A stretch of 64,000 nucleotides of DNA from an uncultured Planctomycetota bacterium (GTDB taxonomy: Bacteria; Planctomycetota; Planctomycetia; Isosphaerales; Isosphaeraceae), in NCBI GenBank assembly GCA_963823665.1, contig CAWGMQ010000012.1, positions 64,001 through 128,000 of the forward strand, in the 5' to 3' direction. This document shows, piece by piece, positions 11,745 through 21,443 of the stretch. The notes beneath the pieces are model-generated. The model saw only the letters and a list, made by a program, of their open reading frames with translations. It was not told the DNA's origin and did no database searches. Position numbers and translations under genes: made by a program. Position 1 is the first letter of the stretch; every line of letters starts with the position of its first letter.

Positions 11745-13361
11745 TCATCGGCTATCTGCCGTCTTGGCTTCGTCACCGGCTTTGATTTTTTTGGGCGTGT
11801 CTTTCTCCTGGGCGACCTGCCAACCCAGGCGGTAAGCAGTGCGGGCGACTCGGGCGGCCTTTTCGAAGTCGGCCTTGGCGACATCGTCGGTCGCGCGGTG
11901 GTAGTCTTCGTGCACACCGCAGAAGAAGAATATCACCGGGATGCCCTTGCGGGCGAAGTTGTAGCTGTCGGTCCGGAAGTAGAAGGCATCGGCGTCAAAC
12001 TTGGTGGTGAGCCCCTCTTCCTTGGCGGCGGCGCGGCGGCGGGGATCAACGTTGAATAGTCGGCGTGCCTGTCCGACGGAGTGATTCCGATGGTTTTGCC
12101 GTCGTTGCGGCTGACCATGTCGAGGTTGATATCGGCCACGATCTTGTAGCCGTCGGGCAAGGTCATGTGATCGGAGAACCACTGGCTGCCAAGCAGGCCT
12201 TTCTCTTCGCCGGAGACCCAGAGGAAGGCGACGCTGCGGGCCGGGCGTGGGCCGTCGCCGAAGGCCTCGGCGATTTCAAGGAGCGCGCTTGTGCCGGACG
12301 CGTTGTCGTCAGACCCGTTGAAGATCTCGCCTTTCTCGTCGACGCCAACGTGGTCGTAGTGGGCGCTGTAGATCACCACTTCCTTGGCCTTTTCGGGATC
12401 GGTGCCCGGGAAGAGGCCGATGACGTTGCGGTCTTCCTTCGACACTTTCTTGGCGGCATAATTGAATTTGACGCGCAATTCATTGAGGAGCCTGGGCTTT
12501 GATTCGGCCGTCAAACCGGTTGCCTTGAGGATCACGTCGCGGATCGGGTCGCTGAACGACAGGGTTGGCAGCCGGGTGGGCGCGTGGCCGAGCGTCATCG
12601 ATGGCTGGCCGAAGCCGAAGAGCGCCATGGGCGTTGCGGGATTAGGGGACGCCTGGCCGCCGGCGGCCGGTGCGGCTATCACGATCGTGCCGAGCGCACC
12701 GCGTTCGAGGGCCTTGTCCGATCCGCCCAGACCTCGGGCGAACATCCGCCTGCCGCGCCGCGGGGGGCGGTGCGTCGGCTGTTTTTGTGGCCGTTGTTGA
12801 TGTCTTTCCGGGCCGCTCTCCGGAGAAGATGAGGATGAAGTGGCCCTTGGCGTCGATGCCGTCGAAGTCGTCGATCTTCTCGGCCGGGTTCACCTGGCCG
12901 AAGCTGGCGAAAACAACGGGCGCATCGATCTCACCGGCGGTGAGCCCCATGGGGAAGAACGAGACATCCACACCCAGCTCGCAAGGGACGACTCGCTTGG
13001 AGCCGTTCTGCTCGATCGAGAGCGAGACCGAGGTTCCCTCGAGCTGCGGCGTGACGACTTCAAGCGGGAATCGCTGAAAGTACGTCTTGCCACCGAAGCC
13101 CGATTCACCCGCCGGTTGAGCGCCTGCGGCGGACAGCCGGCTGGCGATGTATTCGGCGGCAATGCGAATTTCCGGGCTTGCCGTGTCCCTGCCGCGCATG
13201 AGGTCTGATGCGAGGAACTTCATATGCCCGCCAAGCTCACGGCCGGTGATCCCCTTGACCACATCCGGCACCGCCTGAGGCGAGTGCGAATCATCCGCAT
13301 GTGCGGCGCTGAGGCATGGGAATAGGTTGAGAACGAAGGTAACGATGAGCATTCGTTTCAT
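11745..13361 (-). CDS. M28 family metallopeptidase with PA domain, with frameshifts near 12765 and 12035
   Basis: Signal peptide; FLASDLMRGRDT; SAHYDHVG, NGSDDNASG, SGEEKGLLGS, NLDMV, RTDSYNF, HEDYH..TDD spread over three frames. The first shift lies in a G6 run. Confidence 0.88.
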
Positions 13362-13622
13362 AGGTATGCCTGTCGCCAGGAGCGGAGCCTGCGGGCTTCT
13401 TCCGGAGGTGCCCGAAAACCGTATGGTCACTGGTCTCCGATTGTATCAGGCTGGCGCGCCTGAAAGTATCATCAAATGACCAGGATGTTCGGTTTTGTGT
13501 GATCGCGCCTCGGCTGCGGTCGTGGGCTCAGGAATCAGGGCCCAGGCGGCAGAAGAGAAAGCCTCGAAAATCGACAGCGATGCGAAACGCCGCACCGCTG
13601 CCCTTTGACCGCCGCCGGCGAA

Positions 13623-14222
13623 TCACCAGCCCAGGCCGTCAACCTCGCGCTGGATTTCTTCGACCCGCCTGGAGATGATCTCCGAGCGGCTCTCCTGGCG
13701 TTTTCGCACAAGCTCTTTGAGCTTCGCGACCTGGCGTTCGAGAGTATCGATCTCCGCGTTGTGCCGCTTCTGCCTGAGGTCGAATTGATCGGCCAGCGTC
13801 TTGGAAAGCTTGGTCCGGATCTCGGCTCGCTGGTTATCGCCGTTGGCTCGCTCGAGCATCTTCTTCAGCTCATCCGCCTTTTGTGAAAGCGCAGATTCAG
13901 CCTGTGACATTTCGTGTTGCAGGCCGTCGGAAGCGGTGTACCATGACGCCTGAGGGCGGAACATGTTTTGCCTCGGGCCGTAAGGCAAGTCGTCATTCAC
14001 GTACGCGGTTTTACTCGGGATACGATCCCCGTCCGCAGTCTTTGCCACTGCATCCGGGTTTCCTTGATCCGCGTCCGCACTCTTTCGCACCTTCTGCGGA
14101 TAGGGTTCGTCAAAGGGCGCCTTGGCTGTTTCCCTCGGCCGGATATCCTGCTGTGCGTAGACAGCGGCGACCGTCACGAGTCCCAGGCAAGTCAACAGCG
14201 CGACGATGTACTTCAATTTCAT
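13623..14222 (-). CDS. Hypothetical secreted coiled-coil protein
   Basis: Signal peptide MKLKYIVALLTCLGLVTVAAVYA, a coiled-coil C-terminus ending GLGW; third gene of the ECF-kinase operon. Confidence 0.75.
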   Translation of the reverse strand: MKLKYIVALLTCLGLVTVAAVYAQQDIRPRETAKAPFDEPYPQKVRKSADADQGNPDAVAKTADGDRIPSKTAYVNDDLPYGPRQNMFRPQASWYTASDGLQHEMSQAESALSQKADELKKMLERANGDNQRAEIRTKLSKTLADQFDLRQKRHNAEIDTLERQVAKLKELVRKRQESRSEIISRRVEEIQREVDGLGW

Positions 14223-14270
14223 GATCTGCTCCGTACAACGAACGAAAGGGGTCATCTGAACAACTCTTGA

Positions 14271-15764
14271 CTAGTTTCGTGCCTGTTCACGCGAGAGGAT
14301 TTCGCGTTCGAGAGTTTGAGCGCGATTGAACAAAATCATGCCGCGGGTTGAGATCGGATCGATTGCCGGGCCCGTCTCGCGGCGCAACAAATCGTTTTCC
14401 GTCTGGGCGGCCCGTTGACGGCTTTCTCCGATGAGCTGCTCGACCTTGTCGGCTGCGGGGCTCGCCGGCCACGATTCGTTCCGGACCAGATCGGCGGACG
14501 TCGAGGAACTCGTACTCGCAATCGGGTCGGGGCCGCGCTTGCTCCAAGCGGAAGTCAGAGCGATTACCGCGCCGGCACAGACGATTGATGCCAGCACGGC
14601 GACCGGCTTCCAGGCTTTCTTGATCGCCGCCCGCTTCCAGTGGGCGCCGAGCCCCGCCGGCAGCGGCGAGGAGAGCGGTTGCTGGACGTGGGCAAGGCAT
14701 TTCTTGAGCACATCAAATGCCTCATCGGCCGTCTGATATCGTTTCGAAGGATCCTTGGCCATCAGCCGCGCGATCAGGGACTCGAGCCAGGGCGGTATGT
14801 CCGGATTGACTTCGCGGAGCGGGCGAGGCGAGTCATCACACACCCGGCGAAGCACGGCGAGCGGAGTCTCGGCCCGAAAGGGAGGGTGGCCCGCACAGAT
14901 CGCATAGAGTGTGCTGCCGAGGCTGAAGAGGTCGGCGCGGTGATCGGTGGTTTCTCCGCGTGCTTGCTCCGGCGACATGAAGTACGGCGTGCCGGCCACG
15001 ACCCCGCTGTGAGAAATACCGGCGTCGGCAACGGCCTTCGCCAGCCCGAAGTCACTCAGCCGCACTCGTTCGACACTGTTCTCCAGGAGGATATTGGCAG
15101 GCTTGACATCGCGGTGGACGAGCCCCTGGGCATGGGCAGCGGCGAGGCCGGCGGCCGTCTGCATGCCGATTCGAAGGATCTCGGTGACGGCAAGGGGGCC
15201 GTCACGGTCCAGACGGTCCTGGAGCGAGCGCCCGGAGACGTACTCCATGACGAGGAAAGGCAATCCCGCCGCCTCGGCCACGGCGAAGACGCCCACGACG
15301 TGCTCGTGCACGACCGCGGCGGCGGCCCTCGCCTCGCGCAGGAACCGTGCCCGGGCTGCACCCGTTGCGGCCAGCGAAGCGGACAGGACCTTGACGGCGA
15401 CGTTCCGGTTCAACGCGGGGTCAAACGCCTTGAGCACGATGCCCATGCCGCCGCGGCCCAGAATGCCCTTGACCTCGTATGTTCCCAGCCTTCCCATCGA
15501 GTCGGGCCAATCGCTGGGAGCGAGGAAATGGAGTGATTCAATTGTGTGCGGCGGCTGCTTGAAGACGCTGGGCGACTCGTCGTCGAGGAACACGCGCACG
15601 GCCTGCAGGCACTGGTCGCTGCCGAACAGGTTGTCAAGCGTGTTGCGGCAGGGTGGGCATTCCTCAAGGTGCTGTTCCAGGCCGAACGTGTCCTCGGGCG
15701 AGAGCCGATCGTCGACCAGGAGCTTCAGCCTGTCCGGGTCACACTCGGTCGAGCCCCGCGCCAT
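14271..15764 (-). CDS. Ser/Thr protein kinase with an N-terminal zinc-finger (anti-sigma-like HxxxCxxC) and one TM helix
   Basis: HLEECPPC; LGRGGMGIV, VAVK, HRDVKPANIL, DFGLA, GTPYFMSPEQ; TM PVAVLASIVCAGAVIAL. Confidence 0.95.
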   Translation of the reverse strand: MARGSTECDPDRLKLLVDDRLSPEDTFGLEQHLEECPPCRNTLDNLFGSDQCLQAVRVFLDDESPSVFKQPPHTIESLHFLAPSDWPDSMGRLGTYEVKGILGRGGMGIVLKAFDPALNRNVAVKVLSASLAATGAARARFLREARAAAAVVHEHVVGVFAVAEAAGLPFLVMEYVSGRSLQDRLDRDGPLAVTEILRIGMQTAAGLAAAHAQGLVHRDVKPANILLENSVERVRLSDFGLAKAVADAGISHSGVVAGTPYFMSPEQARGETTDHRADLFSLGSTLYAICAGHPPFRAETPLAVLRRVCDDSPRPLREVNPDIPPWLESLIARLMAKDPSKRYQTADEAFDVLKKCLAHVQQPLSSPLPAGLGAHWKRAAIKKAWKPVAVLASIVCAGAVIALTSAWSKRGPDPIASTSSSTSADLVRNESWPASPAADKVEQLIGESRQRAAQTENDLLRRETGPAIDPISTRGMILFNRAQTLEREILSREQARN

Positions 15765-16381
15765 GATTCACCTCGCTCAAATCGTCCAAAGAGTCCTGGG
15801 CAAGAGTTTCTACGCGGCGCCGGATCCGTGCCAGGACCCGGCTGCGGGCGACGTACACCGAACCGAGGGAAAGCCCGAGCTCGAGCGCGACGGCCGCGGG
15901 CGGGCGATTCTCGATGGCCGTTTGCCAGAACGCCTGCCAGGTTGCCGGTGCGAACTCTGCTTTCACGGTCGCTGCTGCCGACTGAAAGAGCTGCCTCTTG
16001 TACTCATGCATCGAACACCGCCGTCGCCGATTCGTCGCGAGCCGGATGGGCCTCGAGGAGATCCTGAACGCTGGTGGCCCCGCTGCCGCGCACGTGATTG
16101 CCTCTTCGGGTCAGAAAGTTGATCATCAAGTTGCGTGCGATTCGAGAGATCCATCCGCGGAAGCTGCCGCGGTCCGGGTCCCATCGATCGACTGCCCCGG
16201 CGACAGCCCGAAACACTTCCTGGACAAGGTCTCTCGAGTCGGCGTCCTGCAAGCCCTTGCGCCGTGCCAGCCGGTAAACAAGCGGCTCGTAAAGCTCTAC
16301 GAACTCGCTCCATGCGGCGGAATCAGCCGGGTCGCGAAGCTTGACGATCAGGGAATGTCGGGTCGCGGGCGAATCGTTCAT
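15739..16381 (-). CDS. ECF sigma-70 factor (kinase-associated planctomycete type), with a frameshift near 16006
   Basis: TRHSLIVKLRDPADSAAWSEFVELY...GSFRGW in one frame and TWQAFW...LGSVYVARSRVLAR in another; one extra T joins them. GGAGG RBS; overlaps the kinase start. Confidence 0.88.
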
Positions 16382-16569
16382 CCATCCTCCCCACTTCAAG
16401 GTATACACGAGAGGCGACGATTCCTTACACGCATTTTGTCCGCGGCCAGTCCGAGAACGGAATTTCGGTCGCTAGGTCGGGCGCCGGATCATGTATAGTG
16501 GCGGGGCCCTCGCTGGTGCTCAATTGCGCGAGGAGAGAGACCTGGCTACAACGGTGAGGCCCATTCGGC

Positions 16570-17736
16570 ATGCCAAGAAATCTCGTGATCTGCTGTGACG
16601 GTACGAACAATCAGTTTGGCACGAACAACACGAATGTGGTCCGGCTGGTTCAGGTGCTTGACCGCGATCCGACGAAGCAGTCGCTGTATTACGACCCCGG
16701 CGTCGGAACGCTGCCGGAGCCGAACGCGTTCACCGCATCTCAAAAGTGGTTGTCCAAAGTGATGGGCCTGGCGTTTGGTGCCGGCTTGCAAAGCAAGGTC
16801 GGCCAAGCTTATGGCTACTTGATGGAAGAGTGGGAGCCTGGCGACCGTGTGTATCTCTTCGGCTTCAGCCGCGGAGCTTACGCCGCACGCGTGCTGGCGG
16901 GCTTGCTCCATTCGCTCGGACTCTTGCCGCGCGGCAACACGAATCTCGTCCCGTACGTGCTTCGTCTGTACGCGTCTCTTCGAGACGGTGGTCCAGGCGG
17001 CCCAGGCGGCGGCACGAGCTACTGGGATCTCTGCGATTCATTCCGTGAAACGTTTGCACGTGAAGCTATCCCGGGCGATCCCGAGCGGCGGTTTCCGGTG
17101 CACTTCCTCGGCGTCTGGGACACGGTCTCCTCGTACGGCTGGGTGTACAACCCAAAGGCGTTCCCGTTCACGCGCACCAATCCGAGTGTGCAGACGGTGC
17201 GCCATGCGGTCTCGATCGACGAGCGGCGCTGCTTCTTCCGCCAGAATCTGTTGGATGCAGAACCCGGTCAAACCTTCGATCAGCAGTGGTTTCCGGGCGT
17301 GCACTGTGATGTCGGGGGCGGGTATCCCGAGGCAGAAGGCGGGCTGTGGCGCGAACCGTTCGCGTGGATGCTCGAGGGTGCGGAAGGGGCATTGCTCGCG
17401 GTCGAGAAGGCTCGCCTGAAGGAGCTGCTCGATCGGCCCCCGGTCTCCGGAATGCCTTGGAGTGATCCGATGCATGACTCGCTGACCTGGCTCTGGAAGC
17501 CCGTCGAATATCTGCCGAAAAAGGTCTGGCAGTCCGCAGCGCGCCGGTGGCGGCTGAAGCTCGGACTCGGGCGGCCGCGTGTGATCGAGGACGGAGCGAT
17601 CCTGCACCGATCGGCACTCAAGCGGATCCAGCTCACGCACGGCTATGAGCCTCTGAACGTGTCCGCGGATTTTCGCAGCCGGGTTCGGGCCATCAGCAGT
17701 ACGGATCTGCCCGACGCGATGGCGTACACTCCTTGA
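16570..17736 (+). CDS. DUF2235 / Tle1-like alpha/beta hydrolase
   Basis: RNLVICCDGT, YYDPGVGT, GFSRGAY, FLGVWDTV, RHAVSIDERR, WFPGVHCDVGGG. Confidence 0.92.
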   Translation: MPRNLVICCDGTNNQFGTNNTNVVRLVQVLDRDPTKQSLYYDPGVGTLPEPNAFTASQKWLSKVMGLAFGAGLQSKVGQAYGYLMEEWEPGDRVYLFGFSRGAYAARVLAGLLHSLGLLPRGNTNLVPYVLRLYASLRDGGPGGPGGGTSYWDLCDSFRETFAREAIPGDPERRFPVHFLGVWDTVSSYGWVYNPKAFPFTRTNPSVQTVRHAVSIDERRCFFRQNLLDAEPGQTFDQQWFPGVHCDVGGGYPEAEGGLWREPFAWMLEGAEGALLAVEKARLKELLDRPPVSGMPWSDPMHDSLTWLWKPVEYLPKKVWQSAARRWRLKLGLGRPRVIEDGAILHRSALKRIQLTHGYEPLNVSADFRSRVRAISSTDLPDAMAYTP

Positions 17737-18074
17737 TAGAAAACGAGACACTCCTGATTCTCTCTCTCGGTGCGGCCCGTCTGGCACGTGCTTGGACGTT
17801 CCGCGGACGTCGGACGTGGCCGGACGCCCTGTAACGGCAACCGCGACTCCTCCCGCCCCATCACGAAACGTGTGCGCCCACCCCAGGCCCCCAAAATCGC
17901 CGTCACCGCTGTCATGTGCTTACGTGCTTTGTACTTAGAAACGACGGCCGCATAATCGGACCAAATTCTTCAGCCAATACCCAAGATGGCCACTGATGTT
18001 GCGTAATGCCGGCTGAATAATCGGACCTTCGCCAAATCGGCCGGGCTCAAATGCAGCAGCGATCCGGACGGTTG

Positions 18075-19961
18075 TCAGTCCGTTCCGATCTTGGCCACAT
18101 CCCACACGAGCGTCGTCCCGTCATCGCTCGCCGATGCCAGCAGCTTGCCGTCCGGCGAAACGGCGATCGACTCAACGTCGCCGACGTGGCCTTCGAGCCG
18201 ACGGCGAAGCTGACCGGTCGAGCAATCCCAGATCTGCACGGAAGAGTCACCCAGCGTCGCCGCCGCGAGGCTTTTGCCGTCCGGCAGAAAGGCGAGCGTT
18301 GTTCCATTCGGCGCATCCTCCCCCGGCCGGCGGTCTGATCGGAAGTCGCGCAGTCTTCGTCCGGTCTCGACATTCCACACGCCGAAGCCGCCAACCGAGT
18401 CGATCGTCGCCAGGTTCTTGCCGTCCTGGCTGAACGCCACGGCTTGAACAACCTCGAGATGGTCGAGCTTGTGCCTCTCACGTCCAGTCGACACCTCCCA
18501 GAGAAAGACCCCGTGTCCATACACCGCGGCCAGGGTCTTACCGTCCGGCGCGAAGGCGAGGCAGCGAATGCTCCGATTGAACCGCGGAAAGCGAAGGATC
18601 TCCCGCCCCGTCAATATGTCCCGGAGGCTCGTGCCGCGGTTGACCGAGGCCGCAAAAGTCTTTTCGAGTGGCGCAAAGGCGATCGTGGGGATCTCCTCCA
18701 GCTCAACCCCCGGGCGGGACGCCCCGACGCGAGCCGGGTCTTGGACGCGGCGAAGCTCACGGCCAGTACTCAATTCCCAGAGGATGACTGTTCCGTCGAT
18801 GTCTCCCGACGCGATGAACTTGCCGTCCGACGCAACGGCCACCTCGAACACCGCGGCTCGATGTCCTTTGAACTGGACGGCCTCTCGGCCCGTGGAGGAT
18901 TCCCAAAGGCGCACGGTCGTGCCGTCCGCCGTGACCAGGGTCGATCCCGTGGGCCCGAAGGCGACGGATTGCACCGGTTGCTGCTGGGGAAACCGCCGGA
19001 TCTCCTGACCACTGGCAATGTCCCGGTGGCGGAAGTACCTTCCTCCTGTGATCAGCCGCTTGCCGTCGGGCGTAAAGACGACCCCGTGACCTGCATCCTG
19101 ATGCGCGAACCGCCGGAAAGCCTGCCCCGTCTCCACGCTCCAGAGGCAAAGGCTCTCGGGAGTGTCGCCGGCAGCCAGCAGCTTGCCGTCCGGGGAGAAC
19201 ACGATGTGAGTTTCCGATGTCTCGTCAACCAGGTCACGCGAGCGCTGCAAGTAGGGGAATCGACGAATCTCCCGGCCCGTCGCCAGGTCACGAAGAATCA
19301 ACCGGTCGCCATCACCGCTGAATTGAACCCGGAGCTTGCCGTTTGGGGAGAGGAAGCGAGTCCAGATTTGATCAAGGCCGTCCGGGAGTCGATCGCCGCG
19401 GGCGAAGCTGCGGATACGTTCTCCCGTGGCGATGTCATGAAACCGGGTGTTTCCTCCTACATATTGCACAGCCAGCATCTTGCCATCGGGCAAGAACCGC
19501 AGGCCGGAGACCGGATCACTACCCTGGATCTCGAGCACTTTCTGACCGGTATCCGTCCGGCCGATCCTCACGGTCCCGTCGGCGTCGCCTGCGGCCAGTA
19601 GGTTGCCGTCGAGGGAGAACGCGGCGCTCAAGATGCACACGGCCACCCCGGTCGGCGGACCCAGCTGCTTGAGCTCGAGAGTCACCCGCCCGGTGGAGAC
19701 GTCCCACAGCCGGAGCGGGATATAAAAATACCCTGAAGTCGCAGTCAGCAGCTTTCCGTCCGGCGAGAGCACGATATCGCCGCTCTCGAACCCGATGTAA
19801 TCGCGCAGCGAGCCCAGCCGCGCGACTGCGCCCGAAGGCAGCGGGTCGCCATAGAGGTCGAGATGCGCAGCACGCGCCTCCCCGCCATTCGCCTGCTCCG
19901 CCGCGGCTGCGCCGGCCACCAATCCGCCAACCACGAGAGTTAGAACAGCAACGATTCCCAT
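18075..19961 (-). CDS. Secreted WD40-repeat beta-propeller protein
   Basis: Signal peptide, DLYGDPLPSGAVARLG motif, and many FSPDGK.LA...LWD/E repeats. Confidence 0.92.
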   Translation of the reverse strand: MGIVAVLTLVVGGLVAGAAAAEQANGGEARAAHLDLYGDPLPSGAVARLGSLRDYIGFESGDIVLSPDGKLLTATSGYFYIPLRLWDVSTGRVTLELKQLGPPTGVAVCILSAAFSLDGNLLAAGDADGTVRIGRTDTGQKVLEIQGSDPVSGLRFLPDGKMLAVQYVGGNTRFHDIATGERIRSFARGDRLPDGLDQIWTRFLSPNGKLRVQFSGDGDRLILRDLATGREIRRFPYLQRSRDLVDETSETHIVFSPDGKLLAAGDTPESLCLWSVETGQAFRRFAHQDAGHGVVFTPDGKRLITGGRYFRHRDIASGQEIRRFPQQQPVQSVAFGPTGSTLVTADGTTVRLWESSTGREAVQFKGHRAAVFEVAVASDGKFIASGDIDGTVILWELSTGRELRRVQDPARVGASRPGVELEEIPTIAFAPLEKTFAASVNRGTSLRDILTGREILRFPRFNRSIRCLAFAPDGKTLAAVYGHGVFLWEVSTGRERHKLDHLEVVQAVAFSQDGKNLATIDSVGGFGVWNVETGRRLRDFRSDRRPGEDAPNGTTLAFLPDGKSLAAATLGDSSVQIWDCSTGQLRRRLEGHVGDVESIAVSPDGKLLASASDDGTTLVWDVAKIGTD

Positions 19962-19970
19962 GGTCGCCTT

Positions 19971-21443
19971 CTACACAAACGGTCGCGAATTGCACCCATG
20001 CGCCAGCGGCGCGGGAAGGTCCGATGTACCCATCAAAAATTCATCAATTCCACGGGCAGCCTGGCGGCCTTCGGCGATGGCCCACACAATCAAGCTCTGG
20101 CCGCGCGTCATATCTCCGGCCGTGAAGACCTTGGGAATATTTGTAGACTTGGATTCATTCGCCTTGACGTTAAGAGCCCTGTCCAGCTCCACGCCAAGTT
20201 GCTCGAGCAGTCCGCGTTTCTCAGGCCCTACGAAACCCATCGCCAGCAACACGAGGCTCGCCGGATAAACCCGCTCGGTCCCCGGGATCTCGACGAAATC
20301 CATCCGGCCGTTATTCGACTTCAGTTCGACCTGCACCGTCTCAAGTGCGCACACGTGTCCGTTCTCGCCCCGGAACCGCTTGGTGCTGATCGAGAATTCG
20401 CGGTCTCCCCCCTCCTCATGCGCTGATGAAACGCGAAGGATGTTCGACCATTGCGGCCAGGGATTCGACGGCGATCGCTCATCGGGCGGCCGAGGAACTA
20501 TCTCGAACTGATGCACACTCTTGCATCCCTGGCGGTGCACCGTGCCGAGGCAGTCCGCCCCCGTGTCGCCCCCGCCGATGATGATCACGTCCTTACCGTG
20601 GGCCGAGATAAAAAGCGTATCATCAACCGCGTCGCCTGCACCCCGACGGTTCTGAAGCGTCAGGTAATCCATCGCGAAGACGATCCCGCTGAAGTTGCGC
20701 CCTTCGATCGGCAAGTCCCGCGGCCGGATCGAGCCGCCGCAGAGGCAAACAGCGTCAAACTGATCAAGTAGTTGTTGAGCAGGAATATCAACACCAACAT
20801 TCGCATTGACGACGAACGTGACCCCCTCGGCCTTCATCTGCTCGACGCGCCGGTCGAGGTGTCGCTTCTCCATCTTGAAGTCCGGAATCCCATAGCGCAG
20901 CAGGCCGCCGATCCGGTCCGCCCGCTCATACACCGTCACTGCGTGGCCGGCCCGCGCAAGCTGCTGGGCGCAGGCGAGCCCCGCCGGGCCCGAGCCGACG
21001 ATCGCCACCTTCTTGCCGGTCTTTTCAACCGCCGGCTCTGGTGTGATCCAGCCTTCTTTCCAGGCCATCTCGACGATGCTCGCCTCGATCTGCTTGATCG
21101 TCACCGGGTCGTTGTTGATGCCGAGCACGCACGAGGCCTCGCAAGGCGCCGGGCACAACTTGCCGGTGAACTCAGGGAAGTTGTTGGTCGCGTGCAACCG
21201 CTCGATCGCGGCCTTCCACTGGTTCTTGTAAACCAGGTCGTTCCAGTCGGGAATCAGATTTCCCAGCGGGCATCCTTGATGGCAGAACGGAATCCCGCAG
21301 TCCATGCAGCGAGCGCCCTGGGCCCGCAGCTTCTCGACCGAGAACGGCTGGTAGACTTCGAGGTAGTCGGAGACCCGCTCCGCGACCGGCCGCCGCGAGG
21401 GCAGCTCCCGGCGATGTTCGAGAAAGCCCGTCGGCTTACCCAC
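19971..21443 (-). CDS. gltD: Glutamate synthase small subunit
   Basis: [72 protein letters not shown]. Confidence 0.97.
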   Translation of the reverse strand: MGKPTGFLEHRRELPSRRPVAERVSDYLEVYQPFSVEKLRAQGARCMDCGIPFCHQGCPLGNLIPDWNDLVYKNQWKAAIERLHATNNFPEFTGKLCPAPCEASCVLGINNDPVTIKQIEASIVEMAWKEGWITPEPAVEKTGKKVAIVGSGPAGLACAQQLARAGHAVTVYERADRIGGLLRYGIPDFKMEKRHLDRRVEQMKAEGVTFVVNANVGVDIPAQQLLDQFDAVCLCGGSIRPRDLPIEGRNFSGIVFAMDYLTLQNRRGAGDAVDDTLFISAHGKDVIIIGGGDTGADCLGTVHRQGCKSVHQFEIVPRPPDERSPSNPWPQWSNILRVSSAHEEGGDREFSISTKRFRGENGHVCALETVQVELKSNNGRMDFVEIPGTERVYPASLVLLAMGFVGPEKRGLLEQLGVELDRALNVKANESKSTNIPKVFTAGDMTRGQSLIVWAIAEGRQAARGIDEFLMGTSDLPAPLAHGCNSRPFV

